Source: Andalucia godoyi And28 (taxonomy: Eukaryota; Protista; Jakobida). From it: a DNA stretch of 64,000 bases. The stretch covers positions 133,507 to 197,506 of the forward strand of contig VRVR01000021.1 of assembly GCA_009859145.1 (NCBI GenBank). The letters are read 5' to 3'. A program made the translations under genes and the position numbers. The stretch's first letter is position 1. Each line of letters starts with the position of its first letter. The notes below the pieces were generated by a model. That model saw only the letters and a program-made list of their open reading frames with translations, did not search any database and was not told the DNA's origin. Below are positions 53,413 to 63,878 of the stretch, piece by piece.

Positions 53413-55004
53413 ATGGCGGAAGAAGAGACGACTGACAAGAAGCGACTGATTCCAAAGATCAAGCAGACTCCGTCGGATCAGATCAGGTCTTTTCTCTTGG
53501 CGTTCGCGTTACTTCAGGCGTGTTTTATTACTGTGTTCTCGTGGTCATCTGCCATATGTTCCTGCTCTCCAACCTTTGAATTCATGTGGATGGTCACTAC
53601 GCAGTCCTCCAACCCTCAGCCTCTCAATCCAGATGCTGTTCCGTATCATCTTATTCCAGATGATTACGTTGCATTTATGCGGGCGTTTATTGGAAATGCC
53701 ACTATCGGTGCTTCAGACAATGCGTCCAGGGTGATGAAAGCGGCGGCGTATGCATCGTTGTTCGAATTCTCCGTTGTTTCATGCAGCAAACCGTATGTAT
53801 TCCGTTTTTTTCTGACGCACTCGCTAGAAGCGTTGCTCATGAAGCCCTCTCTCTTGATTCAGTGCCATGCATAGGGATGTTGTTGTTGTTGATGATGATG
53901 ATATCTGGATGTCGATGCTAACGTTGATCTCCCCTTTTCTTCTTTTTATGCAGCTCACTCACGGATCCAGATTGCTCGCTGGTGATTTCCATGCCGTTGG
54001 ACAGAGCCGCGAGCCTACTTTGCAATAATGGGTACGAGCACTGCGGTGCGTGGAAGTCCTTTGCTACGGTTTCGAGTACAGCCTGGTTGGCTTTGGTCTT
54101 TGGAGCAAATGGGATTAATTTGGTTGTGATTGGCATGTGGCTGATTTACTGTTATTACTGTCGACAACTGTACTTTGCGGATCAAGCCAATCACGATGTG
54201 CTCTTCGGGTTCATGAAGAAAATTCGAAAATCTCTCATTCTTCTGGCGTTTCTGGTGGTCTTAGGAAGCGTCTTTACCGTTGGCACTCTCCTGTATTGGG
54301 TGCTCAGCTCTGAATTCGATTCCCTTTGTCCACCTCGACTGGTTAACGGTTTCTTGGTTGGGTTTCAAGAAGGATGGGCAGTACCGGTGGCTTCGACAGG
54401 CGCGGGTGTGCAGTTGATATTTTTTGTTTTTTTGTGTGTGTCCATTCGGTTCATGAGTGTCCGCATGCAGCAGTTTGAGGAGACCGAGTACTGTGCAGAT
54501 GTGGAAACAAACAGAGTCCGTATGACAGAGCGAGATGCGCAGCGCTCCGAACTTGCTAAGCGCGAATGTGAAGAAACACGAGTTCCTGGTGCAATGACAT
54601 CAATGTTCCTTGGATTTCCAATATTTAGAAAACCCATGGATCCGCTTCCGCCTCCGCCTGGTCGTGTGGCTCGTCGATCGAATGGAGATGTTTTCGGGAG
54701 TGATGCAGCAGGACGGACGTACGACGCAAAGCCGAGTGCACCCACAGTCGCACCCGTAGTCGCCAATCGGTATGAAGAGGATGCTTCGATGGCCGCCTCG
54801 TCGAGGGCGTCAACCTGGAGCTCATCCCGGCCGGATGCAGCCGCCTTTTCGCGGATGACCCCATCTTCTTGCTTGCAACCGTTGAACGTGAATCCGGAAG
54901 CCCACTATGTGTATCCGAGAAGAAACCAAACTCCCCACCGATCCGTAGGCATTCAGCCACCTGTGGTTGCCGACAAAACTCCACGCGGCGTTCAGCAGAT
55001 ATGA
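53413..55004 (+). CDS. Four-TM membrane protein with claudin/PMP22-like topology and a long Pro/Ser-rich tail; two exons (53413-53792, 53954-55004)
   Basis: Spliced product has TM1, a Cys-containing loop and TM2-4; family assignment rests on topology only. Confidence 0.78.
53793..53953 (+). other. Spliceosomal intron, 161 nt, phase 2
   Basis: GTATGT donor, GCTAAC branch point, polypyrimidine tract, ATGCAG acceptor; frame restored (SKP-SLTD). Confidence 0.88.
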
Positions 55005-55542
55005 GATGACGCCGTCGTTGGTGCTGTTGTTGCTGTTGTTGCTGTTGTTGCTATAAAAGACATGTTGTACAGTATGTGAATGTGCTTGGCAATCGAAGTC
55101 TTCTCTCATCTCTCTCTCTCTCTCTCTTTCTCTCTATCTATCTATCTATGTTTCCATCCATCCATCCATCTATCTACTCCGACTTCACGGGGGGAATCCC
55201 AAAAACGGTGATTTCAAGTTCTTGAAGTGTCCCGTGACTCGTGATCAAACGCCTGCGACGTTTGTCGCATCTCTCAAAAGCCGGACGACAACGAATAAGC
55301 ACTTCCACTTCCGCATTCGTCACATCAGGACGTTGGAATAACAACACAATTGATTGTGCGTGATATCACCAGCATCCCACACGGATATTTTGGAACCCTC
55401 CTATAGACCCCTACCGCATTTGGTGTCCAACGACTGAAGCCCCTCCATCTCATCCTGTGTTTTTTCTTCTTTCTTTCCACTTGTGCGGCTTGCTGTTTTT
55501 CTGATCACCGTCTGAGGTTCTCCTTCCTCTCCTTTGTTGCTG

Positions 55543-55549
<7 letters not shown>

Positions 55550-55586
<37 letters not shown>

Positions 55587-55598
55587 CGCTCGCTCTCT
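55550..55598. repeat. (CT)16 microsatellite followed by (CGCT)3
   Basis: Read directly; upstream of ATG 55675. Confidence 0.95.
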
Positions 55599-55674
55599 TT
55601 TCTCTCCGTCTTTCTTTTACACCCACGCGCGCACATTCTTGTTATTAGCTGGTGACATTTTAGTGCCATGCAAC

Positions 55675-56652
55675 ATGGGTTCATCACATTCGACTGCCAA
55701 GATTAAGCGTAGCTCCTCCTTTCACACTCGTCGTCAGCCTGAGCGCCACTTGTCGAAGCCAGAAGCATTGGACGTTTCTACAGGATTCCTCTCTACGTCC
55801 CTGTCCGATCATGATTTGCAATATGCTTCTGCACAGATTGTGGATTCAAGCGTGGAGTCTGCGACAGGCGCTCTTTTTGTTGTTAAGCAGCGCTCTGGGC
55901 TGATTTGGAAGCTCCGAACCATGTTTTCGTTCAAGTCATCCAAGATCGCCGTACTGGAGTACAAGGATATGGAAGTACTGAAATTCGAAAGTGCGTGTCA
56001 GCAGCTGGAGGATGACATGTCGGATGGGTATCGGTCCGATGTGCAGTCTCCAAAGCCTGGACAGACGCCAACGATGCTGCGCCACGCAGACTCGCCAGCC
56101 TCCTCAACGTACAGCTCAACAATGGAGGCGAGTGGCTCAACAAAATCCGCGAAACGCACCATTCCTGATTCCGTGAAGAAGGCTCGTAGACGAAAGCGCT
56201 CGAGCCGAGTGTTTCCTTCTGCAGATGATTTGGACGGATTTGAGCAGGGGACTCCGGCGTTCGGCAGTTCATGTGCTGCAACTCCTGGAAAAGCCAACAC
56301 AGCCGAGGGAACACCAAAGCCTTGCCTGAAGCGAGTTCGCTCTACATCGAGCATCGTCTCCCCGTTTGTTCGCCAGCGCTCGGAACTTCGCAGATGCGAC
56401 AAGCGATTCACTCTCGAATCTGAAGTGATTGATATCACTCACATGATTGATCAGGATGCGCTGCGTCAGCGTCAATTCACTGCTCCTGTGGTCCAGGAGC
56501 GCATCATTGTTCGCGTATCTGATCATCATCATCGCAGCATTGTCGGCTTCAAGGAAGAATTGGAACAGAATCGCACCTTCAAAAAGCACCATCCCGCGTC
56601 CATTGTTTCCGTGTTCGCGACAGCTCCCGTCTCGCCGTGCACTCGTGGATGA
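55675..56652 (+). CDS. Hypothetical protein (325 aa) with an N-myristoylation motif (MGSSHS)
   Basis: First suitable ATG after the CT tract gives MGxxxS; Ser/Pro-rich body. Confidence 0.72.
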   Translation: MGSSHSTAKIKRSSSFHTRRQPERHLSKPEALDVSTGFLSTSLSDHDLQYASAQIVDSSVESATGALFVVKQRSGLIWKLRTMFSFKSSKIAVLEYKDMEVLKFESACQQLEDDMSDGYRSDVQSPKPGQTPTMLRHADSPASSTYSSTMEASGSTKSAKRTIPDSVKKARRRKRSSRVFPSADDLDGFEQGTPAFGSSCAATPGKANTAEGTPKPCLKRVRSTSSIVSPFVRQRSELRRCDKRFTLESEVIDITHMIDQDALRQRQFTAPVVQERIIVRVSDHHHRSIVGFKEELEQNRTFKKHHPASIVSVFATAPVSPCTRG

Positions 56653-56957
56653 CCGCGATTCTCGTTTTCTTTTTCCAACAAAAAACCCTGTCGCGCATAT
56701 GTATATGTCCGTTTTATGTAATTTAGGAATTCGTTTGTATATTTGTATATTGTGTTCACTGTGTTCGTATTTGGCTATTTTTTAATTTAATTTTAATTTA
56801 TTTTTAATTTTTAACTTAATTTTAATTCAGTAACTAATTACGTTGTGCAGCGTAGGAAAATTACGACATTTACGACATCTTTGCTGCAGTACCGGGTCTC
56901 TTCTTGCCTCGACTGCAAAACACACACAACAATCATATTATTTGATTCCAGCCTTCA

Positions 56958-57536
56958 TTACGAAGATGCAGGCTGGCGAATCGTCTTGAGGGCAGTGGTC
57001 CATTTCAGCAGCTCATTAATCATGACATCGGCCGATTTCTCGTGGATAGGAAGAGGGGTGAACAAGTCTTCCTGCACCATCGGAAAGACATTTGGAATTG
57101 CAACGGCCTCCATGATAGGGACAATCTTCAGAGAAGTCAACAGCGTCTTCACATCCTGCACCGACCGGATTCCTCCAGACATACCTCCGTAGCTCACAAA
57201 GCCCGCTGCTTTATAGTTCCATTCGCCGTAGAGATAGTCCAAAGCGTTAATCAACGTCGCTGGAGCACAAAAATTGTACTCCGGCACCACGAACACAAAT
57301 GCATCGGACCGATCCACCGTCCTCGCCCACGCCTTCGTGTGTTCTTTTGTGTACTTTTTCAAGCTTGGATGGTTCGGCTCGTCGAGGAAAGGAAGATTCA
57401 CCTCTGCCAAATCTGCAACTTGCACGTTGAACTTCCCGTTCTTTGTTGCGTAGTCGATGAACCACTTTCCAACAGGCAGACCAACGCGGCCAGGGCGAGT
57501 ACTCGCGATGATGATAGTCAGAACAGGAAGCGACAT
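56958..57536 (-). CDS. NADPH-dependent FMN reductase (SsuE/ChrR-like flavoprotein), copy A
   Basis: ASTRPGRVG, DEPNHP, SDAFVFVVPEYN, NALDYLYGEWNYK and VSYGGMSGG motifs. Confidence 0.95.
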   Translation of the reverse strand: MSLPVLTIIIASTRPGRVGLPVGKWFIDYATKNGKFNVQVADLAEVNLPFLDEPNHPSLKKYTKEHTKAWARTVDRSDAFVFVVPEYNFCAPATLINALDYLYGEWNYKAAGFVSYGGMSGGIRSVQDVKTLLTSLKIVPIMEAVAIPNVFPMVQEDLFTPLPIHEKSADVMINELLKWTTALKTIRQPASS

Positions 57537-57587
57537 CTGTTGCACGTTGCTGCTTTTTTCCTCACGCAAAAAACACAGTTTAAAGAG

Positions 57588-57615
<28 letters not shown>
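57588..57615. repeat. (CA)14 microsatellite
   Basis: Read directly; upstream of FMN reductase copy A. Confidence 0.95.
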
Positions 57616-57618
<3 letters not shown>

Positions 57619-57997
57619 GCCAGTTTATTATTTATTCTCCAGACTCGAAAAAGAACCCGGAAACAAAAGCCCCATTGAGCAGGAAAATGCTTCTACACAT
57701 CACTTGAACGGAAAGCGCAGATGCCCAGGATTCAGATCGCGTCGCAGCAGACAAGAAGCAGACGACACCCGGAGCCCCCCTGCTACTAGTACTGAACCAT
57801 TTCCATTTTCCAGTGCGACTCCCTTTTTTTTGTTTTTTGTTGTTTTTTGTTTTTGGCCATGTCCGACGACGCGTGGGGAAGCCAGCGAAAGACAGGAATA
57901 CTCCAGGAGATGGAAAAAAAAAGGCATTATTTTACCAATACCCGTATATACGGGTTTGTGAACAGGTGCGGCAGCAGGTGAAAAACAAAAAACAAGG

Positions 57998-58570
57998 TTA
58001 ACTTCGGATTGTTTTCAGTGCGGTGGTCCATTTCACAAGCTCGTCCAGCATCTTGTCTGCGGCGAGTCCGACAGCAGCATCGGCGGGAGTGAACACGCCG
58101 TCCTTGACCTGCGGGAAGACCATAGGCAGCGCGACTGCCTCGACTAACGGAACCATTTTGAACGTCGTGAGCATGGTTTTGAGGTCCTGAACAGCTCGGA
58201 TGCCACCGGACATTCCACCATAACTGACGAACCCGGCTGGTTTGTAGTTCCATTCAAGATAAAGATAGTCTAGTGCATTGACCAGAGTAGCCGGTGCAGA
58301 GAAGTTGTATTCGGGAATCACAAACACAAATGCATCCGACTCGGAGACAATCTTTGCCCACGTCTTGGTGTGCTCCTTGGTGTACTTTTGCGCCATTGGA
58401 TGGTTCGGCTCGTCGAAAAACGGCAGGTTCAGTTCGGCCAAGTCGGTCACTTTGACAGAGAACTTTCCATGGTTCTGTGCATACTGCGAAAACCACGTGC
58501 CAACAGGAAGACCAACGCGGCCCGGCCGAGTACTTGCGATGACGACGTTCAGAACAAAGGTCGATGTCAT
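57998..58570 (-). CDS. NADPH-dependent FMN reductase, tandem copy B
   Basis: Same motifs as copy A; roughly 70% identical by manual alignment. Confidence 0.95.
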   Translation of the reverse strand: MTSTFVLNVVIASTRPGRVGLPVGTWFSQYAQNHGKFSVKVTDLAELNLPFFDEPNHPMAQKYTKEHTKTWAKIVSESDAFVFVIPEYNFSAPATLVNALDYLYLEWNYKPAGFVSYGGMSGGIRAVQDLKTMLTTFKMVPLVEAVALPMVFPQVKDGVFTPADAAVGLAADKMLDELVKWTTALKTIRS

Positions 58571-59108
58571 TTTTTTTCCCTTTTTCTTCTTCCACGGCAA
58601 ATGAATTGCTTCTCACCAGGGAATCAGTCAATGTGTTAAAAAAAGAACCAGAAAGAAGGAAGAAGAAAGAAGAGAGAAGAGAGAAGAGAGAAGAGAGAAG
58701 GAAAGAAGGAAAGACGGAAAGAAAGAAATAAGAAGAATGAATTATATACAAAGAGCGACAGTCTAGATGGTCGCGGTCTCTTCAACGGAATCCGCACGTC
58801 ATTGCACGAGTTTTCGGCATTAAAACGGCATTAGATTGACCCATGTGTGCCCGATATAGTCATGAATCGTGACAAACTGTCACGGAATCTTTCGTTTCTT
58901 GTCGGGGAAAAATGAAAAAACCCGCGTTGACATAGTTCCGATGTCTCCGAGCGGGAGCAGATTGATTTTCTTTATCGCCGACAAACGACTTTGGGGGCGA
59001 GCATGGTGGGGAACGGACGCTTGCAAAAGACTCGCATGGGGTTTTGGACTGCTGGTTTGCGAAGATCGTCTTTTTTTTTTTTTCTTTTTCTTTTTTCCGG
59101 ACACAATC

Positions 59109-59645
59109 ATGGTGATGGTCTGTGGTGCTTTGCCATCGATCTTGGTAGCATTTGCGTGTCCTTCAGTATTGTGTGAAGCCCCAGTGCCAAGCCTGCAGTG
59201 CCGAGTGGCTCCACGCTCCACTCCCAAGTCGAAGCAGAGGGTCAGAGAGTCAGGGCGACAGATCGGCAATGTTTCTTCGTTGGCTGGTTTCACGGCCATT
59301 CCACAGAAGCAAGCAAGCAGATACGGGGGAAGAAGTTCTCTAAGAGCGGTGTACGAGCAATATGCGGAATGGCACTGGACGCACGGGGAGGCTGGACTTC
59401 CTCCTCAGTCTGCTTGGATCCAGCTTCTTTTTGCATGCGAGCTGCTGCCGGAAAGACTGTGCATGCTGAAGAGGCGGGACTGGAATCTTCATTCTGCTTT
59501 CGCCAAATCCGGAAACTTCGAAAACGAAAGACAGGAATCGTGCATCCCCCAAACGAACCAACACGCTGGAGGACCGCGCCTTTCTCTTCTGTCTTCTGTT
59601 TTCTGTTTTCTGTTTTCTGTTTTCTGTTATGGCCATTGTTTGTGA
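59109..59645 (+). CDS. Possible hypothetical protein (178 aa) or upstream exon of the next gene
   Basis: ATG after ACACAATC; protein-like middle (LRAVYEQYAEWHW...); ends within a (TTTTCTG)n tract; a second plus-strand frame is also open. Confidence 0.33.
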   Translation: MVMVCGALPSILVAFACPSVLCEAPVPSLQCRVAPRSTPKSKQRVRESGRQIGNVSSLAGFTAIPQKQASRYGGRSSLRAVYEQYAEWHWTHGEAGLPPQSAWIQLLFACELLPERLCMLKRRDWNLHSAFAKSGNFENERQESCIPQTNQHAGGPRLSLLSSVFCFLFSVFCYGHCL

Positions 59646-59671
59646 AAACAGCAAAGGTGTACGTTTTGAAC

Positions 59672-60340
59672 ATGGGTTCGTCAAAGAGCAAGCACAGAAA
59701 GCCGACGTTCCTGGAAACAGGGAGTCGCTCCAAGCAGCAACGTACCGCTGTTCCAAAGCGAAGCAAAAGTCGAATCTTCCCCGAGCGCTCCGCGCTAGCG
59801 AATCAACTTGACAGTCCACGAAGATGCACAAGGATCGGAGATCACAATCAGCGGATGGACCGAGAGCACAAATTTGTTCTTCCAGCGCTGTCGGAAATCC
59901 ATGATCATTTGGATGTACTGTGGCTCTTGAAAAAGGGTCAGAGACAAATGATGCTGGAACAAGAAGACGTTGGTTTACTATGCGAAGATCGAGACGGACT
60001 AACCGTCATGAACGGCATGCTGGACGCGGCCGATTTCCTCTGCTCTTCTTGCTCAACAGACAGTTCGTTGCTTACTTCTCGCAACACCATGTGCAGGACT
60101 GTTTCGCCAGACACTGCTTTCGACACTTCGGGGAAGTCTCTGCATTTCTCGGAACGAAATTTGTTGGAAGCAAAAGACTGGAAGCTGCTATCCAGTCAGC
60201 GTGATGGGGCGAAAGAAGGTCATCTGACTGCAAAACCAAGCAAACAGTCCGAAGTCGTTTGCATTCCGCTGGCCTTCAACAGGCAATCCACCGTCCGCTC
60301 GCAATGGTGCCGAGTGGCAGTTTGTCAATTGCACGTATAG
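59672..60340 (+). CDS. Hypothetical protein (222 aa) with an N-myristoylation motif (MGSSKSK)
   Basis: MGxxxSK start followed by a basic stretch. Confidence 0.6.
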   Translation: MGSSKSKHRKPTFLETGSRSKQQRTAVPKRSKSRIFPERSALANQLDSPRRCTRIGDHNQRMDREHKFVLPALSEIHDHLDVLWLLKKGQRQMMLEQEDVGLLCEDRDGLTVMNGMLDAADFLCSSCSTDSSLLTSRNTMCRTVSPDTAFDTSGKSLHFSERNLLEAKDWKLLSSQRDGAKEGHLTAKPSKQSEVVCIPLAFNRQSTVRSQWCRVAVCQLHV

Positions 60341-60775
60341 TCTTCTACCTCTTCCATTCCACAGCAGAGGCATCCAGCCCTGCTCCAAATCCAGTCCACC
60401 AGACGCATTCCCCGCCTGGATTCCAACGACAGCAGCAAAGCAAATTCGGCATAAATTCTTGCGATCTTGGGCTGCTGGCACAGCTTCGCGCTCGCATCAG
60501 CTCCCTGTTCAGCCGTCCTTCTTTGTAAGCCTGAACATTCCGTATCTGTATGACATAAACGGCGCAATCTTCTGTCATCTTTTCCTTGTGCTTCGACCAC
60601 TGGAAAACCGTGTGCTGATGCTGCCGGACCTTGTTAACCGTTGCTTGCACAACTGGAGAGCTCTTGTTTTCTGCATGCATCCCTCTGCATCGACGCACGT
60701 TCTCCATCGAGGCCACAACGCATGTGCGTGTATATGTGAACTGCGAAGTCTAGAGCCCCCCTCTGCCTTTTCTTT

Positions 60776-60779
<4 letters not shown>

Positions 60780-60841
<62 letters not shown>
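60780..60841. repeat. Compound microsatellite (CT)17(CA)13
   Basis: Read directly. Confidence 0.95.
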
Positions 60842-60845
<4 letters not shown>

Positions 60846-61396
60846 TCTCTCTTCTACTTCTCTTTCTTTGAGGTTTCTCTATCGCAAGTCCTGCCCACAA
60901 CGTCTGCTTCCAAGCCGACGCGTTGTTGCATCATCAAAATGCTGCTGTCTTCTTCGCAACCCAAAGAGTCATTGATCCCGCGGAAACCAACGATCTGGTC
61001 TTCCATGTTCGCCACAAGCTGTCCGGAATACATGAGGCAAATTGCACTCACAAACGCTCTGCAGCAACAGGAAGTCGCTGCTTCCAGTAACGACCGATGT
61101 ATCGCTTCTCATCTCGGTGTTCCGAAGCTCTATAGCTCTTTGTTCTTCACCTCATTATCGACAATTGAGCGTACTGTCCATTCCATCTCGTGACGGTCAT
61201 GCAAGCCGGTTGGTATCAAACGAACGAGCGTGAACTCTGCTGTGCACGGAGACATCCAGCGTTTTCAACAATCTCTCTCGTGCTCTCTACCTGCTGTCAT
61301 ATGAACCCCATTGCATGCTGTTGACGGGAAAATAAAGAGAAGCGTACAAGCACCCGGAAAGTAACGAGCCCACGAACACCAGCCCCTCAAGGATGA

Positions 61397-61858
61397 TTAC
61401 TTCTTTGAAATTCTCGTTCGCAAATCCTCCTGGATGGAGCCCATCATCTCTTCATGCGCATGCTTCGCGGTGCTCAATACATACCAGCGAGTTAGATACG
61501 GTGCAGAGAACGACACATTTTCCACAAGTTTGAGCGACCCATCTGACACCAATAACGTGATATCCGAGTGAAGTGTCACAGGTCCGGACACGGTTTCATA
61601 CAGCAACTTGTGCGCCGCAGAGTCGACGGTCAGCTTGGAACGTATCGCGATCGGAACCAGCCCGAAGAAAATATGCTCGGTAACTTCCAGGTCGTACTGA
61701 TGCACCGATCCACGAGCGGAAGGACTTACGCACACCTTTCGCACCAGCGGTTGACGAGACGGAACGTAAGATGGCTCGCACAGCACATCCCAAATCAGCT
61801 GTTGGTTTGACGAATCTCCACCCGCTACTTCTCTTTCGATCCTGAACGAAGAGCTCAT
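61397..61858 (-). CDS. SRPBCC / START-like fold protein (153 aa)
   Basis: IWDVL...P..V start, alternating beta-strand pattern and C-terminal helix AKHAHEEMM are typical of Bet v1-like folds. Confidence 0.65.
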   Translation of the reverse strand: MSSSFRIEREVAGGDSSNQQLIWDVLCEPSYVPSRQPLVRKVCVSPSARGSVHQYDLEVTEHIFFGLVPIAIRSKLTVDSAAHKLLYETVSGPVTLHSDITLLVSDGSLKLVENVSFSAPYLTRWYVLSTAKHAHEEMMGSIQEDLRTRISKK

Positions 61859-62140
61859 GCTCCTCTACTCCACACTCTTACACAACAGTACAACCTCGTA
61901 AATAAAATAATTATAAAAATAAATACAATCACAAAATAAGAAGAAAAGACCAAAAGGATAACGATTATCGTCCTCGGCTCCCAGCGTGACTCGAACAGTC
62001 GATTGGTTTTTCAGACTTCTTCTTTCGCGGAGAACATTCCTGAAATTTCGAGTTTTCCGTTCTTTGTTTTGTTTTTGTTCCACTTTGCAGTTTGGTACTC
62101 GACACGCAGTACTCTGGAGGGCAGAAGACTGTGCATTCAA

Positions 62141-63112
62141 ATGTGGGCAGAGCTGGGGCTGACGGTAGCATCGATTCCGCTTGTACTTTTGGGAGCAGTC
62201 TACTATTTTCAGGACCGAATTCTGTATCTTCCCCAGTTTCCACCGGGTTCCAGAGGTGTGCCGACAGTGACTCCGTTTGCAATAGCATCCTTGTATGAGG
62301 ATGTGCACTTGACGACGGCAGATGGAGTCAGTCTTCACGGATGGCTAATGCCCAAGCCAAACTCACCCTTCGTGCTCGTGTACTTCCACGGCAACGCAGG
62401 AAACATTGCAAATCGACTGGTGATATTCCGCGAAATGCTGCAAGAAATTGGCTGCTCCGTTCTTGCAATTGATTATCGAGGATATGGAGCGTCGGATGGC
62501 GTCCCCAATGAAAAGGGGCTTCGGGAAGATGGACTTGCTGTCATGCAGTATCTGCAGTCTCATTCCGTCACGAAACACCAAGGAATCGTGCTTTACGGAC
62601 AGTCTCTTGGAGGCGGGGTGGCGTCGTTCCTTGCAGATACCTATCGAAGCGATTCTGTGCTAAAGGGTGTTATCTTGGAAAATACATTCTTGTCGATTCC
62701 AAAAATGGTCGGGGTTGTGTTTCCGTTGCTGAAGCCGGTTTCGTGGTTGGCCACAAACGTGTGGGACAACGAAAAACATGTCTCCTCGTTCACAGAGGAC
62801 ACAGCGGGGTTCAGCATGCTGTTCCTTGCTGGCGAGAAAGATGAGATAGTGCCGCATGACCAGATGAAGAAGCTGTACAGAGCTTGTGCGCTTTCAGAAG
62901 AAAATGGAAGAAAAACATGGGTATCGTTTCCTCGTGGAACACACAACGAAACGTGTTTGCTTCCAGGGTTCTATTCCAAGATTGCAGCATGGCTGAAGAC
63001 GCTTGCGCAGTCCCATTCTCAGGCAACTTTCCCCCCCGCTGGTTCATCGACCATCGGAAGACGCAATGTGCATGGCGAGGGTGTTGTTTCTGGAAACGTG
63101 GACGTTGATTGA
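62141..63112 (+). CDS. ABHD13: ABHD13 / BEM46-like alpha/beta hydrolase
   Basis: N-terminal TM then FQDRILY; TADGVSLHGW, YFHGNAGNI, DYRGYGASDG, LYGQSLGG, ILENTFLSI, GEKDEIVP and HNET motifs. Confidence 0.92.
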   Translation: MWAELGLTVASIPLVLLGAVYYFQDRILYLPQFPPGSRGVPTVTPFAIASLYEDVHLTTADGVSLHGWLMPKPNSPFVLVYFHGNAGNIANRLVIFREMLQEIGCSVLAIDYRGYGASDGVPNEKGLREDGLAVMQYLQSHSVTKHQGIVLYGQSLGGGVASFLADTYRSDSVLKGVILENTFLSIPKMVGVVFPLLKPVSWLATNVWDNEKHVSSFTEDTAGFSMLFLAGEKDEIVPHDQMKKLYRACALSEENGRKTWVSFPRGTHNETCLLPGFYSKIAAWLKTLAQSHSQATFPPAGSSTIGRRNVHGEGVVSGNVDVD

Positions 63113-63278
63113 TCGCTTGTGTCATGTATCTTTGTTGATGTATATTCATTTTTCAATAAAGAAAAGAACTGCATGTACAATGCGCAATGGGCAACGGGCA
63201 CAAAGAAGAGCAGGCTACGCCGTTGGGGAGCACGAAGGAGCACGCTTGGCATGCAGATCATCTTTTTTTTATTAATTA

Positions 63279-63878
63279 TTACTCGGCATGCGAATGACCG
63301 TTCGCGACGATTGTCTCTGGAATACGGGGCTCAGACGGTTGGTGATTCCGGGGCTGCAACAAGTGCTGGTACCTTGTCTTCAGCTCATAGTGCTCCACCT
63401 GTGCCTTGACAAAACCGCCAACACAAAGAGCAGCCATGACGATGGTCGTGCTCAGCGCTAGCGCCATGACAGCAATGAACATGATTCTGACTGATGGATC
63501 TTGCTCCTGATCGCTGTCATCATCACCGGAATTGCTTGATGTGGCACCAAACGTTTCGATTTTTTTGTGCATTCGGTTGTCAATCTCGTCAAGTTCTGGA
63601 TGAGTTGCAGGGTGGCCCATTGTTTGTTGTCGAAAATATTCCAGTATCGCAGACAGCCACATTCCGCCCGTTTCCTGGAGCTTGATCGACACACTGTTGG
63701 TAGTTTCTGTCGCATAGTACCGAAAGCTTCTTCGTAGATCGGGTGCCATCATCACCCCCATCACCGCAATGATCACAAGAAACAACACAATCGACCGCTG
63801 CCGAATCTGCTTGCTGTGCGTTCGCACATACACCCGATGGTACTCCTCGGGATGCCGATGCGGAATAGAACTAAACAT
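63279..63878 (-). CDS. Hypothetical two-TM membrane protein (199 aa); 5' end uncertain
   Basis: ATG ORF with two hydrophobic segments (SIVLFLVIIAVMGVMM; IMFIAVMALALSTTIVMAALCVGG). Confidence 0.7.
   Translation of the reverse strand: MFSSIPHRHPEEYHRVYVRTHSKQIRQRSIVLFLVIIAVMGVMMAPDLRRSFRYYATETTNSVSIKLQETGGMWLSAILEYFRQQTMGHPATHPELDEIDNRMHKKIETFGATSSNSGDDDSDQEQDPSVRIMFIAVMALALSTTIVMAALCVGGFVKAQVEHYELKTRYQHLLQPRNHQPSEPRIPETIVANGHSHAE

Noticed and set aside
55186-55237. Small cloverleaf-like fold (TCACGGG/CCCGTGA closing two short hairpins)
   Set aside because: Only 52 nt, internal stems have loops too small to be stable, and there are no A/B boxes or snoRNA boxes
56778-56832. Nearly pure A/T tract of TTTTAAT-like units
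   Set aside because: It sits between convergent stops and contains AATAAA on the minus strand; ordinary 3' end or terminator sequence
60345-61193. Overlapping 84-123 aa ORFs on both strands around the (CT)(CA) microsatellite
   Set aside because: No frame is clearly favoured and no motif is recognised; a small gene may exist but cannot be supported from sequence alone
20722-63112. Three alpha/beta hydrolases and two sugar/polyol kinases as a metabolic gene cluster
   Set aside because: They belong to different families, lie 8-30 kb apart and are interleaved with unrelated housekeeping genes
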